Below are positions 13,401 to 25,600 of a stretch of 64,000 nucleotides of DNA, in pieces. Below the pieces are notes generated by a model. That model saw only the letters and a program-made list of their open reading frames with translations, was not told where the DNA came from and did not search any database. How positions within the stretch are numbered: the stretch's first letter is position 1; each line of letters starts with the position of its first letter. The DNA lies in contig MU053557.1 in assembly GCA_013239625.1 (NCBI GenBank), forward strand, positions 4,308,123-4,372,122, read 5' to 3'. This DNA is from Lama guanicoe (lineage: Eukaryota). A program made the position numbers and the translations under genes.

Positions 13401-16400
13401 ACACACACACAAAATCCTTAAAATGTTCATCTGTGTGCCTTCAAAATTACCCATATTCCACCTACTATACTGTATTTTGAAAAGCACTCACACTTAACAG
13501 AACTTTCTGTATTTTAGTAATTAACCATTTTATAGTTGTTGTTTCCTACAGCTCTGGTCTATACTAGAATCAAGTGTAAGATTACATCTGACTCAGCACA
13601 GCTCGAATTTTTTTAAATTTAAGTTCAACACAGCAATACGCAATCTTGTTCTGTAAAAAGTGCTATGATTTCTAGGAACTTCTCTGCTTACACAAGATGG
13701 TCACTTTGCTCCATTCAGTTCAGCCTTCATAATATGGACCTGTGGTTCAGTTTTAATGTATTGGTTTATAGATGCATTTACGTACAGTTTAGTCATGCAA
13801 AAGACTCCTACCAGTTATTTTTGAAAAGGCACATCTCATATGTCAGCAATAAACCCAGTGACATTAAATGATTCTACAAATATTTATTGAGCACCTGCCA
13901 GGTGCTAAGTCTTATCCAAACTGAGGAAAGTTAACAGCCTAGAGTTCTGACCTCAGGTTCCTACATATTAGCAGGGGAGGCAGCCAAATAAGCAGACATT
14001 CACACTAAGAGATGCAGTGTGCAATAGTAATGAAGGATTCGACATCCTCTTCCTGCTGAGCAGCTTAGAAGGAGTGAAGTCCTGTGTTTGGAGCAGGTAT
14101 AAAAATTATACTCAAGAAATCAAATGGGCAGGAATGGATATTTCTTTATTTTTCTAACAGAATTTAAACTTTTTTCTGAATCATCCTCCCCTCCAAAAAA
14201 TATTTGCAGAAATTTATTTAATTTTGTTTTAAACTTAGGACTTTTTTTACACCCAAGGAATAAGCTGAAGCAATGCATAATTCAAATTCCCCATCAGGAC
14301 TCTTCCTCTCACTCAGAGTTCTCCACTCCCTCTCTGTCCTGCAATGTCATCGGGGAAGGGGGAGCAAACATGGCATCATTGGGGTAGGGAGTGAGGAGTA
14401 TCAAAGCTGGGGGGCTTTCTCTCTGGGGCTCCAGGAAACTGTCACCAAGCTGAAGTGATCAGTGTTCCCCTCACGCCCGCCCCACTCACTCAGGCATCTC
14501 CCTTTGGCATTGCTTCTCTACTGCTCTCCTGCCATATGGACAAAAGTGCCATGCACCTTGCCAAAAATGAAGCTTACAACCTTCCTGTGCCACTTCCTGG
14601 CATCTACTCCCTGCTCCAGGGTGTCTCCCAAGCCTTTTGGGGTGTTTCCACATGCCTCCCACCCTCACCCCAGGTTTTGATATGCCACTCCATCCCCACA
14701 CTGGCACAGCAGGAGTTGCTCTTCTATCATATCCTCATCCTTCTTAATCCATGGTCGATAAAAAATCTATGCTGAGATTTTTCCTGGCTTGGCTCTTTAC
14801 ATGTAAGATTTAAGAAATATTCTTTCCCTTTCAGTAAAATAAGTTCTTTGGTTTTTGTATTTGCAAATGAACAGTGCTCTCCTATCGGATTATGTATTGT
14901 TTAACCATGAGCTGTAAAAATTATAGAAACTTCTGGGCATTAATTGAAATAAAAAACAACTGGCTTAGTATTTTTTTAAATACTTTCCCCACAAAACATT
15001 CAAAATCATCAAAGTAGTTTTTGTAAGAGATCTGAGTCATTAAAACCATCTTCCAGACTTTCTACATTTGAAAAGTTAAGGGCAGAGATAGGCAAATTAG
15101 TATTTGCTGACTGTCAACAATACTTAGGCAATGTGCTAATAACACATTCAGCACAAAGAATGTTTTACATTCTCTACTTTCTTTAATCTTCATAATATAT
15201 CCTTCATGCAGAAATTGTTCCCATTTTACAGAGGAAGAAAAGAAGTCTCAGAAGAGATTATATACTTTCCCAAGTTATCTGGCTACTAGTAATAAAGACA
15301 AGACACTTGACACACCTAGTCCCAAAATTCTTTGCTTACTCCCTTTCCACAGTAAGCAAAGTACTGTTAGCCTAATGACGTAGGTTAAATTTCACGTCCT
15401 GCGTATATTGTTTATAACATATGATGTCCCCTGCAATAATTAATGGGCACAGTGTATTTATGACTTTTTTTTTATTTGGGAGTAGGCATGATGTATTAAC
15501 CTCAAATATTAGTGGTATTTGATAGCTGTAGCTTTGCTTTTCAGATCTACTGTTGGTCCTACCCTTGACTGGTTTGATGTGGAATCCTTGGTTACCAACA
15601 AAGAACCAGTGATAACATTATTGGGGAAATTAAACCTGCTGTTTGACAATCTGCTTTTCAACAGTTTCCAGGAGAGCATTACAGTGAAGAGGATTTCCTG
15701 AGTGGCCCCAACTCAGAGAAGGGGCTGCAAATGCTACTGAGAGCAGACTTCTTCACTGAGCATGAGGAGCCCCTGGGGGACCCGCGGAGAGACTCATAAC
15801 TGACATCTGGCAGTTGAGCCGTGAGAGTCACCAGGGGTGAGGGCTCTGTAGTGGGTAAAACTTTCTCACTATGAGCATCCTCCCTGGCCCTGCAGGGAAG
15901 ACTGTGATGCAGCTGTCTGCAACAAAGGTAACAGCATCAAGGAACCATTTCCTAAAGGCTTGGGAGCTGAGACGCTCCAGACCACAGGTGAAACAGCCAC
16001 TCCATGATTAATGACGTATGACTCATCCACTTCCAGAAAGAATCTGAGTGGCCTATGATGATATGGGCAAGGAGCTAGGATTACATACAATGCTTTCTCC
16101 ATGTTATGCATGCAATCAAAAATCTAAATTGACTCATATTTTGTAAAATGTACCTTTTTAATAATATAAGCCATACATCATATAGATATAAATATAGATA
16201 GATACTTGCATGTCTCTGTGTGTGTGTGTGTTATGGGAGTTAGTATAGTTCAGAGAAGAAAACTAACCAAAATAAAGATTTAGATTATAATACTGGCTTT
16301 TCTAACAACACACTGCAAGTCATTGAATGTTTCTGGGCCTAAATTTCCTCAGCTTCAAAGCAAAAATACTTAACTTCTTATAGTGTCAGCTGGTTCACAT

Positions 16401-17249
16401 TAATCATAAGATGTACCACATGCTTTTATGACAAGTTACTTCATTCAGTTCCCCCAGAAAGCTAGGTAAGATTGGCCTTTCCCCTGTTCCAAATGCACTT
16501 GCCTGCATGACACTTATTGCCAGGGAAATTAAAGAATAATTCCCATAATTTTAGTAGCTAATATTTGTCTGTTTCTTTTAGTGCACTTTAAGCTCCAAGA
16601 GAATAGAGACTGTGCTCCCTTGTTCCTCATTGTCCCCCTGCACCTGGTGCAGTACTGGCTCTTGTGTTTTCGGGGATGAATTAACAGATAATAAAAGACA
16701 ATAACCTGTGAGAAAGATATTAGTTCTAAGATTCTGAAAATTAGCACTTTAACACATTAACTCTGATTTGCAACACTCTCACCATTCTTATAAGTCATCT
16801 ATGACCTCAGTTGTGTAATCCAAAAGGCTACCCAACTGAAATGTCAGTTTTGATCCTTTTGGCCACCTCTGCAGTTTCCACTACTGGCCATGCCCCTCTT
16901 GACCTCCGTGACGAAGCCCCTTCATCTTTCCCCTGTGTCTCCAACTGCTCCTCTGTTTCCTTCCACAACTCTTCCCTCAGGCTTGCCCTACATATGATAT
17001 TTCCTAGAATTCACCATCTCATTTCTTCGCCCTTCTTTCTTAACCTAGTCGTCCTAGGATGTGAGCATATTGTAATAAATATATCTGACTCATCCCAGTA
17101 TTTACAAGATATGCACCGAAGAGGAGTTCAAATGTCTAGGGGGGAAATAATTGTTGAGTGAGTGAGCTGATAAATTTCTATGACTTCAACCAGCATCCCG
17201 CAGTGTCCCAATACATTGCCAGCTCTCTACCTCTCCCTAGACTCTAGAT

Positions 17250-18110
17250 CAGTGTTTATTCATTTCCTTGGGCTGCCATAACAGATTACCACAAATTGGG
17301 AGGCCAAAAGTAATAGAATGTTATTCTCTCCCAGTTTAGGAGGCCAGAAGTCTGAAAAATCAAAGTGTTGCAGGGTTTTGTTTCATGCTTCCTTCCTAGA
17401 TCCTGGTGATTCCCAGCAATCTTTAGTGTTCTTTGGCTTGAGATGCATCACTCCAAACACTGCCTTTCCATCTTCTCTGTGTTTCTGTGTCTCCTTTTCT
17501 GTCTCTTATAAGGAAACTCATTGGACTTGGGTTTACCTTAATCCAGCATGATCTCATCTCAATCATTATCTTAATTACATCTGAAAGTATCTTTATTCCA
17601 AATAAGGTCATATTCTGAGGTTCCAGGTGGACATGAATTTGGTAGGGGACACCATTCAACCCACAACAGTTTACCCTCACCCTTCAAAATTCATGTCTGT
17701 CCTACATGCAAAATACATTCACTCCACCCCAATACCTCCTGAAGTCTTAATCCATTCCAGCATCAACCTTAAGTCTCAAATCTCATCCAAATATCATCAA
17801 TTCAAAAAAGTCCCAAACATCATCAACTCAAAAAAGTCCCAAATCTCATAATCTAACGTATTTAAATCAAGCATGGATGATACTATGGATTTCATCCATC
17901 TTGGGACAAAATTTCTGTCTATCTGTGGCCCTTTGAAAAAAGAAAATAAGTTATCTGCTTCCAAAATGCAGGGACAGACATAGGAAATTCTCATTCCCAT
18001 ATGGGGAAAATGGGGAGAAATAAAGTGGTTTCTGGTCCCAAGCAAGTCTGAAACCCAAGGGACAATTTCTATTGAGTTTCAAGGCCTTTAAATAATGCTC
18101 TGTGGTTTGA
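17250..18110 (-). mobile_element. MaLR element: MLT1-type LTR (17250-17668) plus adjacent internal segment
   Basis: gggctgccataacagattaccacaaa...aaataaggtcatattctgaggttcc...attcaacccacaaca, followed by MLT1-internal-like caaaattcatgtc...atgcaaaatacattc. Confidence 0.85.
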
Positions 18111-18960
18111 TGTTTGATAAATTTGACTATATAGAAATAAAAAGTCTACATGGCAAAGTAAACTATGAGCAAAATTAAAAGATAAATGACACATTGGAAA
18201 AAATGCAACTTATAAGATAAACCACATGTTGTTTCCTTAACATATAAAGAGCCTCTGAAAATGATAAAATTAAGACCAACACTTGTTAGAAAAGGGGGCA
18301 AAGAATAGGTGCAATATTCAGAGAAAAGGAAATTCTAGTAACTCTTGATTATATGAAAAGATGATTAACATCACCCATAAGGAGAGAAAATACACATTTA
18401 AACTTTGCCAAGATGAACAATGTGAGCTGGACAGCTTATCTGGAGAACAAGTTGACAGACCCAAACAAAATGACAAATGGGGCTACTTTTGACCCAGCAA
18501 TTACACTTCTGGGAATTTATCCTACAAATCAATTAACAGACTTGCAAAATGACAAAGAACAAGGTTAATTACTACAGCACTGGTCATGAGAGCAAAACAG
18601 TAGAAAATATATGAGTGAACATTAACAGGGAACTGCTTAAATAAATCATGGCATATTATGCAGTCACTAAAAATGAGAAAGCTTTCTATATAAAGACAAA
18701 AAATATTCTCCAAGATACATTGCTAAGTAAGGGGAACAAAGCAGTGTGCATAACTCTGTGTACAGAGGGTCTAAGTAACATAAGTATATATTTGCACATA
18801 CATGCATGATGTATCTCTTGAAGGCTGTCCAAAAAACCATTGACATTGGTTGCAGAGATCTGGTTGGCCAGAGACCATGGACACAGGAGTGTTTTCAATC
18901 TAAAATTTTTTTATTCCTTTTGAATTTTGAGCACTGAGACAAGTCTATCTATTATGATTA
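18110..18960 (+). mobile_element. Ancient L1 (L1ME-type) 3' fragment
   Basis: Decayed ORF2 C-terminal phrases (gacccagcaattacacttctgggaatttatcctaca; ttaaataaatcatggcatatt). Confidence 0.7.
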
Positions 18961-19920
18961 ATTAATGTATTAATTAATTGGGTTTTTTAAAAAGTTATTA
19001 GAGACTATTAGTTAAGCATGGTAGGTTGTGAATATGATTTATGTCTCCACCCTCCTGAAGCCCACTAAATAGACAGTACAAGATATTTCTTCAAAGTAAT
19101 AAGTCAACAAGGGCAAAAAGAGGAGAAGAGGGGAGAATACAAGTCTCCACCATGGGAGACCAGCAAAATCTTGGAAGGAGGGAGTAGTGGCTGTGGAACC
19201 ACCCATCTGGGAACTGGGGTCCCAGGATTTCTGAGTGTGAGAAAAGGACAGAACCAAAACACAGGTAGAATACTAGAAAGACCAATGGCAGGGTAAGAAG
19301 TTTCTGGCCATTCAGAAATACTAAGATAGATAACAGAGGCTGCAGTTATGAGTTGAAAGTGGTTGGCTCTAGGAATTGGAGCTAAGATTTAAATGACTAG
19401 GGCAGAGGACTGTTATTTTTCATTGTAAACTATAGCTTGAATTTTTAAACTGTATGCATGTATTATGACTTTGGAAAAAGTGCCTTAAGAAGTTATTTTT
19501 AGTATTATCTACAATGTCATGCTAATATATTTGAATTTTCAGTAACATGGGTGAGCCTTTATAAAACCAGAAATGACCAAAAGTGACCAAAATAGAAATA
19601 AGAGGTCTAAACTTACCAAGAAACCAAGGGAAAAGATAATTAGTATTACTGGTAATTTTTCATTCAAATTTTCATTTAAAAAACTCCGTGTTCTTAAATA
19701 ACAAGAAAAATGTTATAAGCAATTCATTTTATTATGAAACTATTCTAAATTGAATCTATGCATATATGATTCATCCATATGGTAAGATAATTATTTTCTA
19801 TGATTAAACACATTTTATCCTATCATAGAAAAACTGGAAAAATTCAAAGAAAAATACTAATCCAAGGAAAGTAAAGGAAAGCAAAAACTATCAGAAAGAC
19901 TTTTGACAAAATTCTCTATC

Positions 19921-20263
19921 AACCTTTGACAGAATTTACACTTTGATTTTGTTTGTTTGTTTGTTTTTCAGAAATAGACTCACAGACAGAGAATACAGAC
20001 TTGTGGTTACCAGCGGGGTGGAGGGTGGGAAGGAATAGACTGGGATTTCAAAATTGTAGAATAGATAAACAAGATTACACTGTATAGCACAGGGAAATAC
20101 ACACAAAATGTTATGATAACTCACAGAGAAAAAAATGTGACAATGAGTGTGTATATGTCCATGAATGACTGAAAAATTGTGCTGAACACTGGAATTTGAC
20201 ACAACATTGTAAAACGATTATAAATCAATAAAAAATGTTAAAAAAAAAAAACCTTTGACAGAA
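19921..20263 (+). mobile_element. Young L1 3'-end insertion with 34-bp 5' inversion, poly(A) and 14-bp TSD aacctttgacagaa
   Basis: TSD 19921-19934 and 20250-20263; forward L1 3' UTR 19969-20249 matches 4574-4659; 19935-19968 is the reverse complement of the upstream (AAAC)n tract. Confidence 0.95.
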
Positions 20264-21607
20264 ATCAGACGGGTACTGGAAATAAAAGGAAAAATAAGAT
20301 ATGTTTTCTATCCTCCAGGAATTATGATATTTTAATATTAAAAAAGGTAAAATGGATTGTTATTTAACATGCAAAAGAACATTTGATTAAAAAAATTAAT
20401 ATTAAAATCATCTACTCATTGAGCAAATAACTTTGGAATGACGTCTGTGACTCAGACACTCTTGGGAAGTGAATTGGATAATGATGAGTAAGACCCTGGC
20501 CCTGAATTCAATAATTACGATCATCATCACAGTCATTATCACAACGGCAGACATTTCTTGAGCAATCCTAATGTACTAAAGCTGAAAACCTTACATAGCA
20601 TTAGTAACCAGAAGCTCCTCAGTTGTAATGAAAAAAGCAAGTAGGTAGATGAGCCAGACTGGCAGGTCACTGGATCACAGGTGAGAGGACTGAGGGAACT
20701 GAGAGAGAACTTATAGTCAGGGAAAGGAGAGTCAGAGTTGGGAATTCTGGAGGTGGAGCAGTTACAGGTGAGGTCAGGTACTAGATGGCACATAGCAATG
20801 TGATACATGCATCCTGAGAAAATGAAAACTACTCAAATGCCCCAAATTAGAGTAAAAGGAAATCTACTGTGGCACATTAAAGCAATGAAATACTATGTAG
20901 CCATGAAAAGGACTATAAGGGCCATAAAGATGTGTATAAAGATAATGCCAAGTGAAAAAATAAAGAGATTGCATAATCCTAAGGATTAGGACTGAATAAA
21001 ATCTCCTTTTGCACACTGATAATTATAGGAAGAAATCAAAGACAAGGGGCTAATAACTTCAAAGACACTTTGTTTTTTTATCCCCTTGTAGTGTTATGTA
21101 AGCACATAAGTTTTTTTAAGAAGAAAGAATATGTGTGGTTACTCCTAAATGATCTCCTCTGCTAAATCAGAAGAGACCAGTCATGAGTCTAGAGTTTGCA
21201 AAGGTAACTTGCTTTGCTTTCTTTACTCTTGGGCCCACAATTAGCTATGCCTTATGCAAGGCTGAGGAAGCATTTATAAGTAAGACAGTTCTAATAAACT
21301 TCTTTTCAAGTCTCAGTCCAGAAATGCCTGCACATATCTGAAACAGAGAGGAAAAATGAACAAACTTACTGCTTTACCTTGAATATCAATGAGTTTGTAA
21401 AGTTGGAAGACAGTCTAAAAATTCAGTTTAGTGGATTTTAAATTCTGTCCCACAGAGATGGCTTGAGGATCACCTTTGGGAGAAAGGGGTGAGAAAGTGG
21501 ACAGGCAAACTCAGTTCCTTTGTCTCTACCTGCCACCCACACTTCCCTCTGGTGCTTCAAACACACAAACAATTCAACCAGAGCAGTTTTACTAATATCT
21601 GCTTCAT

Positions 21608-21795
21608 GTGCTGGGGTTTCCAAATCTGGTAGGATATGAGAATCCAATGGGAAGATTTTACAACATACAGAGTCCTAGAATGGACTCCTCATCCCAGACC
21701 TACTGAATCAGAATTTCTAATAACAGAGCCCAGCAATCAGAATCACTTTAAAGCTCTTCATATAATTCTGCTGCAATCCAAATACAGAAAATCTC
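21608..21795. mobile_element. MER5-type hAT-Charlie MITE
   Basis: cccagacctactgaatcagaat core. Confidence 0.7.
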
Positions 21796-22271
21796 TCTAC
21801 AGAGTACTGGAAAGAAAGACATATGGCCTTTGCTGAAATGTTTCCAGTTGTGGGAGCTTCTTCCCCACAGAAAGCATTTTTAATTACTAAAAGAGAATTA
21901 ACTTCCCATGGAGCTGAACTCACTCTCTTTTCACCTTCTCATGCTACACAGAACCAGTGAGCGCCCTCATTCCCAGGACAGGTAAGGTGACAAAAGCTGG
22001 CTGCCCCCGACAGTAGAGCTGTCATTCTTTCTTTTGCTAACCAGTCCCATCCACTTTGCCATAATGGTCAACCAGATTCAAGATCAATCACAATTCCTCA
22101 ACTTCTGGCCAGAGTTGTTGATCCAAGCCAATCCAGTCAGAGTACTTCTCCAAGATTTTTTTTAAAACTACAGCCAGAATTGAGAGTCTTTTCTCTGAAG
22201 CCATCGGGCTAGGAAAATATAAATCTAGGGCCACTGATGGCCAGGTATTTGACCTCACTGTAGTGGATGCT

Positions 22272-22689
22272 GTGATGGGCCAACAGATGTGCCACCCTAT
22301 TCAGGACTGATACATTGCATTTACTGCTTCAAATGTTATGAGCGTTGCCTGCTGGAGGCTCACAACTGAGTCTTTCCTCTGAGCAAAGGGAACTGCCCTG
22401 AACATGCTTATGCCCTCTCCAGGTGCAGCCAAGCCCACATGCAGTGACTGTGAAATGTAAAGCTCTGGCTCCTGTGTCTGAATCCAGGACAACCCTGAAG
22501 AGCTCTCCCGGCTTCAGATCCCCCCACAGGGTAAGTGGACTGATGCCTCTGTTATGAGAGCAGAGTATCCCAACATGTCCCTCCACCCAATCCCACCTCC
22601 TGCACTCCTCCACAAATGTTGTTTCGAAAAACACTCCAAACAAATCTCCACCTTAGAGTCCGCTTTTCCAGAAAACCCAACCTATGTCA
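22272..22689 (+). mobile_element. LTR16-type (ERVL) solo LTR
   Basis: tgtgatgggccaacagatgtgccaccc...agagtccgcttttccagaaaacccaacctatgtca. Confidence 0.7.
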
Positions 22690-25600
22690 CTATGGAGGAA
22701 TCCCAACTGTAGAAGGAGGAAATGGGGCTGTGCAGTGACAGCTGAGATGGGAGACACCCAGAGTGAACTAATAAACCGGTGACTCCCCAGCTTTCTTCTC
22801 CCGGACTCTCCAATTGTGCTCATCACACATCGTTCCAAACATCTCACCGTCCTGATCACGTGATGCTCAGAGTACGACTGCCCATATGTGGATGTGTTAA
22901 AGTATGGAAAAACTGTACACTCATTGTACTTCCATTAATTTAGCCAAAGATTAGCTCAGCTTTTTTGCAGTCCAAAAATTCAGTTGGTTTATTAGAGCTT
23001 ATGTTTATCAAAGACTCCTACATCACTTTCTGTCAAGCCAGCTCCCCCTCTCTGCATCCAAACATCATTTTACTCTTCTCAACAAGCTGCCTCAACTTTA
23101 TGACTGGCAATATTTCTTACCCCTTCTAAATACAAGCTCCAAACATGAGCCAAGATATGAAAGGGTTGGGGGAGGAGGGGAGGTGGGGAGGGTTTTTCTT
23201 TTTCAGTTTATAATATGAAAGTAAGTATTGTGAACACACTTTTTTTTTTCAAAACTGCACACACTGTTCACCCATCCCATGTTCAGTCTCCTTGAGAATT
23301 GTAGGGGACATCTCTTTTATGGTGACTTGAAGTTCTTATAGTTCTTATTTGGAACTTCTAATCACATCTAATGTGTGTTGTGAAAGTAACAGAAGTCCCA
23401 GAGACATTCACTTTTCCAGTAATGTAGCTATATTTGACAATTAGATGCCTTGGTGATCAAGACCTTGGTGAGAAAACTGAAGTGATGACAGATCTGGGAC
23501 AGGTTTATTTTCTTTAATATCTAATTATGAAATGTTTGGAGCTAAATGGGACGTTAGAGACCATCTAGAGCCTGAATGGCAGACACCCCTCTCCCCTGAC
23601 ACTCTTACCCCTGGAGCCAGTGGGGGACCCAGTGCTCTGCATACAGAGCCCCAGTACTGTCACTTTCCCAAAGGATCTTCTTCCCCGGGGCCCAAATCAG
23701 ACTCCATAATTCTCAGCATCCCACATCGGACAGCAACTACCAATCAGCTGATTCTGGCAAACTAGATGAACTTTATTTTCTTTATCTATCCTAATCAATC
23801 TGATCTCTTAAAGTAGTGAAATCACTGACCCAAATTTATATCATGGTTAATAACTGAGCTTAAACTCCTGATTCCCGATTCAGTGTTCTCTCCATCTGCC
23901 CCTTTCCGAAAATTCTCCAATCTTTTCAACTATTATAAACCTGCAAACCGATCATCAACGCAGAATGCTGGCATAATTTCAACAGGTACGTCTTCCATTA
24001 CTGAACATCTACGTAGCCATTGCTCATCATTCCATGACGCCTATGAGAACACAGAGGCCATCCAGAGGAGAAAAAGTGGTGGAGCTAGGCGTCAAACACT
24101 TCAATGATAATAATAAAATGCTAAGACAAATAGAAACATGCCTTGTACTCAGTGACTCATTGCTTTAAGCTAATACCAGAATGGCCCCACCTCACTATTA
24201 AAAACTTGAGAGAGAGGGGGGAAAATACAATTCCATGTATGTCTGTCTCTTTGGTAACCACAACAACCACCCATAAATGGGAAGTGACTCTTGACCAATG
24301 GTTTTGTTTGAGTTTGAAGCCATCCCTCTGGCTCCTGAGCTATCACTTGGAGCCTTAGAGAAGCAAGTAAGTGGCCCTTGGGGTATTTGGTCCCCTTGAA
24401 AATTCTAGATCTCTCTAGCACCAGCACTATTTTCCCCATGCCAGCAGGATGGCAGAGCTGTAGGCAGGATGGAAAACAACTAGCTGGCATGAGGTGTCCT
24501 GAGAGCCAGTCAGAAATTACAGGATGATGTGTCAGGATCCAGGAAAAGATGGGCGTGATGATTGTATCATGCTTTCTCCTTGGCACAGGAAGAACACACC
24601 TGAATCTCCATCCTCCACCCCAGAGGGTCTGAATGCGAAAGAATGAACCTGAGGGATATAAGACACAATCCCACCACTTAACAAATGAGAATGAGGCCCA
24701 GAGAGTGGAAGACATGAAGCTGAGGTCACACAGCAAAGATAGCTGATGTTTCTAAGAGCAGGTTCTTTGAGGAGTAAAAAGAAAGGAGCTAGGAACATGA
24801 AAACAATGGAAGCAGTGCTAAAGGGAAATGATTAATGCAGTGAAACACCACTTGGCCTTTATAGATCTACTCTCCATGGAAAGCAGAAGTCCCATCCCTA
24901 GCCCCTACCTGGCCAAAGGGTCTCCCTTCTTCCCCAGCTGACTCTTACGAGGCAGAATGCTAACTAAAAAGTGACTCACCTTGGAAACAGACTTTGTGAC
25001 TCAGTCTTCACTTTCTGACCACTAAAGCAAGCTCCTTAAGACTTTAGGGAATTTTACTATTCTATGAGAAGATGGCGAGAGAAGGGTCCTCCTTGCGTTA
25101 AAGATAAACAGGTAGCTTGTGGATCAGCTGAGAGACTGCATGAAATAGAAGAGGAAGTAATTCATAATTAATGTTTCAGGCTAGCGTCAACACTCGGATG
25201 CACTACGCTTTTCAATCCTCATCACAACCCCATGAGTGAAAATGGTTATTCTATGTTTTCAGAAGCTAAGGGACAGAGATGACAAGCAACTGGAAATGGA
25301 GCTTAGGAGAGGTCAGCTTTTCGAAAGAGATGCCCAAGTGGGCAGAACCAGGATTCCAAGTCAAGTCATCCTGGTTTCCTCTGCCCTCCACCCTTGCTTC
25401 CCAAACCCCACACCCTACTATAGCAGTTTTCACGTGGTTATGGCATAATCATCTTATTTTATCAACACAATAGTTCTGTAGGGGAGTGGGTAGCAGAATA
25501 TTTGTCACATTTTTAAAAAGACAGTTTTTGGAGAAAAACAATCTATGTGGCCTTGAGGAAATCACATCCTGTATGTAAGCCTCAGTCTTCATCTATAATA

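Noticed and set aside
24170..24736. 188-aa minus-strand ORF
   Set aside because: No recognisable homology or exon context; within chance expectation for 64 kb in six frames.
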